Below are positions 60,850-64,000 of a stretch of DNA of 64,000 nucleotides, piece after piece (position 1 is the first letter of the stretch; each line of letters begins with the position of its first letter). A program made the translations under genes and the position numbers. Under the pieces are notes generated by a model. That model was given only the letters and a program-made list of their open reading frames with translations, ran no database searches and was not told the DNA's origin. Source of the DNA: Eledone cirrhosa (taxonomy: Eukaryota); the NCBI GenBank assembly GCA_964016885.1, contig OZ024744.1, forward strand, positions 63,860,001 through 63,924,000, read 5' to 3'.

Positions 60850-61395
60850 CTAACACAACCAACACAACCACTACTGCTACCACGCACAACTACCATCACC
60901 ATCACCACCACTACAACCATCACAACTACCACCTCCATCACCACCACCACCACTATAACCGCTACCACCACCACCACTACTACAAGCATCACAACTACCT
61001 CCACCACCACCACTATAACCACTACCACCACCACTACAACCACTACAACCACCACTATCACTACCACCAGCACCACTGCAACAACCACCACTATCACTAC
61101 CACCAACACCATGACCACTAATACCACCACCATCACTGTCAACACCACCACCACCACCAACACCACCACTACCAACACCACCACCACTACCAATACCACC
61201 ACCACCACCACCACCACCTCCACCACTACAACCACCACCACCACCACCTCCACCACTACAACCATAACCAACACAATCACAACCATAATAAGTATCACTG
61301 TCACCACTGTCATTACCACTGCCACCACTACAACCACCACCACCACCACTACAATCATAGTCAACACAATCACCACAACTACCATCATCCCTGTC
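60850..61395. repeat. (CAC/ACC)n-rich trinucleotide repeat tract
   Basis: Low complexity; it produces the poly-His, poly-Thr and poly-Val ORFs. Confidence 0.95.
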
Positions 61396-61502
61396 ATCCT
61401 TTACTATCTATTTGTTTTGTCAGGAGTTGGACAAGGCCGTTCAACATGATCACATGATGACAATGTTGTCCTTTATAATAATTGCCGCTTCTTTTATTTC
61501 AG

Positions 61503-61628
61503 GAAAACGACTGGACTAAGGCTCCAGAAAAAGGCGTCTGGCGCGATGGATTTTATAAATTATACTTAAAGCATTCTTCTTATATTAACACACATCTCCC
61601 CGAAAACTACGACGATGTATGCCCATAG
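61503..61628 (+). CDS. Terminal coding exon F of the DUF3105/TP53I13-like gene (ENDWTKAPEKGVWRDGFYKLYLKHSSYINTHLPENYDDVCP*)
   Basis: CTTTTATTTCAG acceptor, phase 0. The pattern APE....DG.Y...L.........D.CP fits the family C-terminus. TAG is at 61626-61628. Confidence 0.82.
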   Translation, partial: ENDWTKAPEKGVWRDGFYKLYLKHSSYINTHLPENYDDVCP

Positions 61629-61739
61629 GTATGTCATAACCCAATTATTCTAACAACAATTTTCCTAAAATCCACAATTAATTCTTAAATATCTAGGTAG
61701 TCTTTCATTATTGCCTTGATTTAAATTTGCCATATAATA

Positions 61740-61900
61740 TTACCAACAACTGGCTGGAGGTCCAGGGGTAGTCCTAAGCAAAGATGGTTGGCTGGTTTCA
61801 CTTGGGCATCCAGGCAGATCAGTTGGAGATGGTTGCTTCTGACAGGATCCAGTGAAAGGAGTGTTTGAGGACTCTTCCCCCACGACCCTCTCAGGAATAT
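61740..61900 (-). mobile_element. Expander-like RTE 3' fragment
   Basis: Translation and sequence are similar to 35840-36010; the strand call is approximate. Confidence 0.55.
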
Positions 61901-62269
61901 TTCCAAATGAAATGTCAGAACATTTTTGTATGCTTCTTTATTTTTTTTAATGAGTGATGTATTTTTTTTGTTTTTGGTGTTACATTTGTGGTTATGTTAT
62001 TCTATGCATTGCTCTATAACTTTGTTTGACTACCTCATTGTCTGTCATTTCCAGCCTCCTCTGATGTTCCATGTTTATCATCAATTCCTACTCATAAATC
62101 ATGGCACTTCTCACACATGCAGTGTACACCTTTCACTTCAGTTTCAGTGATATTCCCTCCTCATTAGCATGCCTCTCAGTTCCCAGAACTTACTCTACCT
62201 ATCATCATTGAATCTGATAAACCTTCAATGTCTCCATTCAATGTCTCCTAGGTAACTACATATACTAGA

Positions 62270-62383
62270 CAATCCTATGCGAGCAAGACAACCAATCTTG
62301 CCTCAAGTGGGAAAACTCCCGTCCAAACCCATGCAAGCGTGGAACATGGACGTTAAACGATGATGATGATGATGATGATGATG
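62270..62383 (+). mobile_element. Extreme 3' end of the PHD-RTE LINE with (GAT)n
   Basis: Nearly identical to 30092-30193. Confidence 0.9.
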
Positions 62384-62519
62384 ACTAGTCACAAGTAAAA
62401 TTTAACACTTGACTGATGATGTATAAATCTAATAATCAAAATTCAAATTCCAGTTGTAATGTCTACACCAATCATATTGGCTTTTCTTATAAAAGTGACC
62501 GCAACCTAAGCCAATATCA

Positions 62520-62715
62520 CTTGAGATCATGAAGGTTTAGGAACATTGACGATATATTTGGCAAAAACTAAAGTTTTAGTAAATAGGAAAGAAGACAGGA
62601 TCCTGATCCCATCAGGGAAGTGGCCTTGTTTAATATGTAGAAAAGGAGTAGATAGAAATACTATATGATGTACATGTTAGGTGCATTAGAGCTGTAATAA
62701 AATAGCAGGCAGACA
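62520..62715 (+). mobile_element. PHD-RTE internal fragment
   Basis: AKTKVLVNRKE....PSGKWPCLICRKGV. Confidence 0.7.
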
Positions 62716-63205
62716 AATAATAATAATAATGAAATTATTGTGTACAGTGTTCAGATGCACTACAGCTCATCAAAGGTGCATGTATAGTACATAGAATTAT
62801 GTACAAATGTCAGAAAAGTGAACAGTGTCTGAGTCATGATATACATGTGTGCATGTCTATGGAGAGGGAATATCAGGTGTAGTGTTGGCGAATTTCAGGA
62901 AGCATGGAGGTTTTAAAGGATGCAGTGACTCGACAGCTAACAACTGATGTAGGCAGTTTGTTCCGCGCTTCAGCAACTCTGAGCGTGAAAAAATGTTTCT
63001 GATAGTCATGGGAGCTGTGCTGTTTCCTGATTTTGTAGGCATGCCCACGTGTGTTAGACACATGGAATTCAAAAAGGTGCTCAGGGTTGTTGTTGGCAAG
63101 CTGGTTAATAATTTTGTGGGTGTTTACCAAGTCAGTTGCCAGACGTCGGAGCTTCAATGTATCCATGCCCAGAGAAGCAAGGCATTCAGAGTATGAAGAC
63201 ATTTT
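62716..63205 (-). mobile_element. CR1-clade LINE 3' fragment with an (ATT)n tail
   Basis: Y..CL..LG..TL..RRL..DL...HKI....TRGHAYKI......HFF..RV...NKLP..VV......FK. Confidence 0.88.
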
Positions 63206-63340
63206 GTCTTCACTACATACAATATATGCTAACACTAACTTTTTTATGTTCACTACATTTAATAAGTTAACACAAATTTAACTATTGTTTCTACATATAG
63301 ATAGGTTCTCTGAGTATTTCCCCTCAATAACTGATTTAAA

Positions 63341-63518
63341 CCCTTTAGCATTTAAACCAGCCATGTCTGACCAGAATTCTCTCACCTCTTTCTGTTCAAA
63401 CCGGCTGTAACCAGCCAATGCTATCAAAATTTCATAGATTCAATATTATGTGAGATAATTATGTGAGGTAAAGCCTTTACACTGAAAAGTAAATATAGAG
63501 TAATGTAAATGATAAAGG
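63341..63518 (+). mobile_element. piggyBac-type MITE, same family as 38265
   Basis: CCCTTTAGCATTTAAACC ... GTAAATGATAAAGG|TTAA. Confidence 0.78.
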
Positions 63519-63832
63519 TTAAAAAATATTTTGCATGCCCACTGATGTAAAATATTATACATCTGTTAGTAATTCTCTCATCACTACTTCAAGTACTGTG
63601 GAGTTTATACTTAGATGAGGTCGGACTGGGTGTATGTGTATGTGTGTGTGAATGTGTATTTGCTTCTATTCATTCAATAGAAAACATGCTGTATATATAT
63701 TTCTGTTTGTTTAGATTTGTGATTTTGTTTCCCCATGCTCATCTTTTTTTGTATCCTAGATAGAAGAAGACACTTCCATCATAATTTTATGTAAGATCCA
63801 TAGTTAAGTTATGTTTCAAACACCAAATTAAT

Positions 63833-64000
63833 AATTGTTTCTACTTTAGGCACAAGGACAGCAATTTTGGGGTAGGGGAAAGTTGATTAAATCGACCCTA
63901 GTACATTACTGGTACTTTATTTTATCAACCCCGTAAGGATGAAAGGCAAAGCTAACCTCGGCAGGACTTAAACTCAGATCGTAAAGGGGCATAAAGCATA
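63833..64000 (-). mobile_element. tRNA-derived SINE, long variant, running off the window end
   Basis: Reverse complement of the family body and tail. Confidence 0.88.

Noticed and set aside
60840-61449. Poly-His or mucin-like poly-Thr ORFs
   Set aside because: A (CAC)n tract lying in the intron between in-phase exons E and F.

Overview
This is eukaryotic, AT-rich, repeat-dominated DNA. The SINE, RTE-LINE and microsatellite-tail families suggest a coleoid cephalopod such as Octopus (inference). It is not prokaryotic and contains no CRISPR array. Most ORFs in the supplied track are artefacts of simple repeats or decayed transposons. The main contents are: (1) a 16.4-kb array of a 29-bp satellite with nested higher-order duplications; (2) one host gene on the + strand that the ORF track misses, a DUF3105/TP53I13-like gene from which I could splice six small GT-AG exons (33623-61628) into a 168-aa open frame, with the 5' exons not found; (3) RTE-clade LINEs, including a near-full-length copy with a C4HC3 PHD-type finger inside its RT region and a 3' fragment with three C2H2 fingers; (4) CR1 and CRE-like LINE fragments; (5) about 10 copies of one tRNA-derived SINE; (6) a Chapaev3-like transposon fused to a 41/43-bp satellite, a rearranged mariner, tandem Helitrons, TTAA MITEs and an hAT fragment; (7) several inverted-repeat elements, some with minimal hammerhead-ribozyme-like cores typical of Penelope-like pLTRs. 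All family assignments come from recalled motifs; no database search was run.
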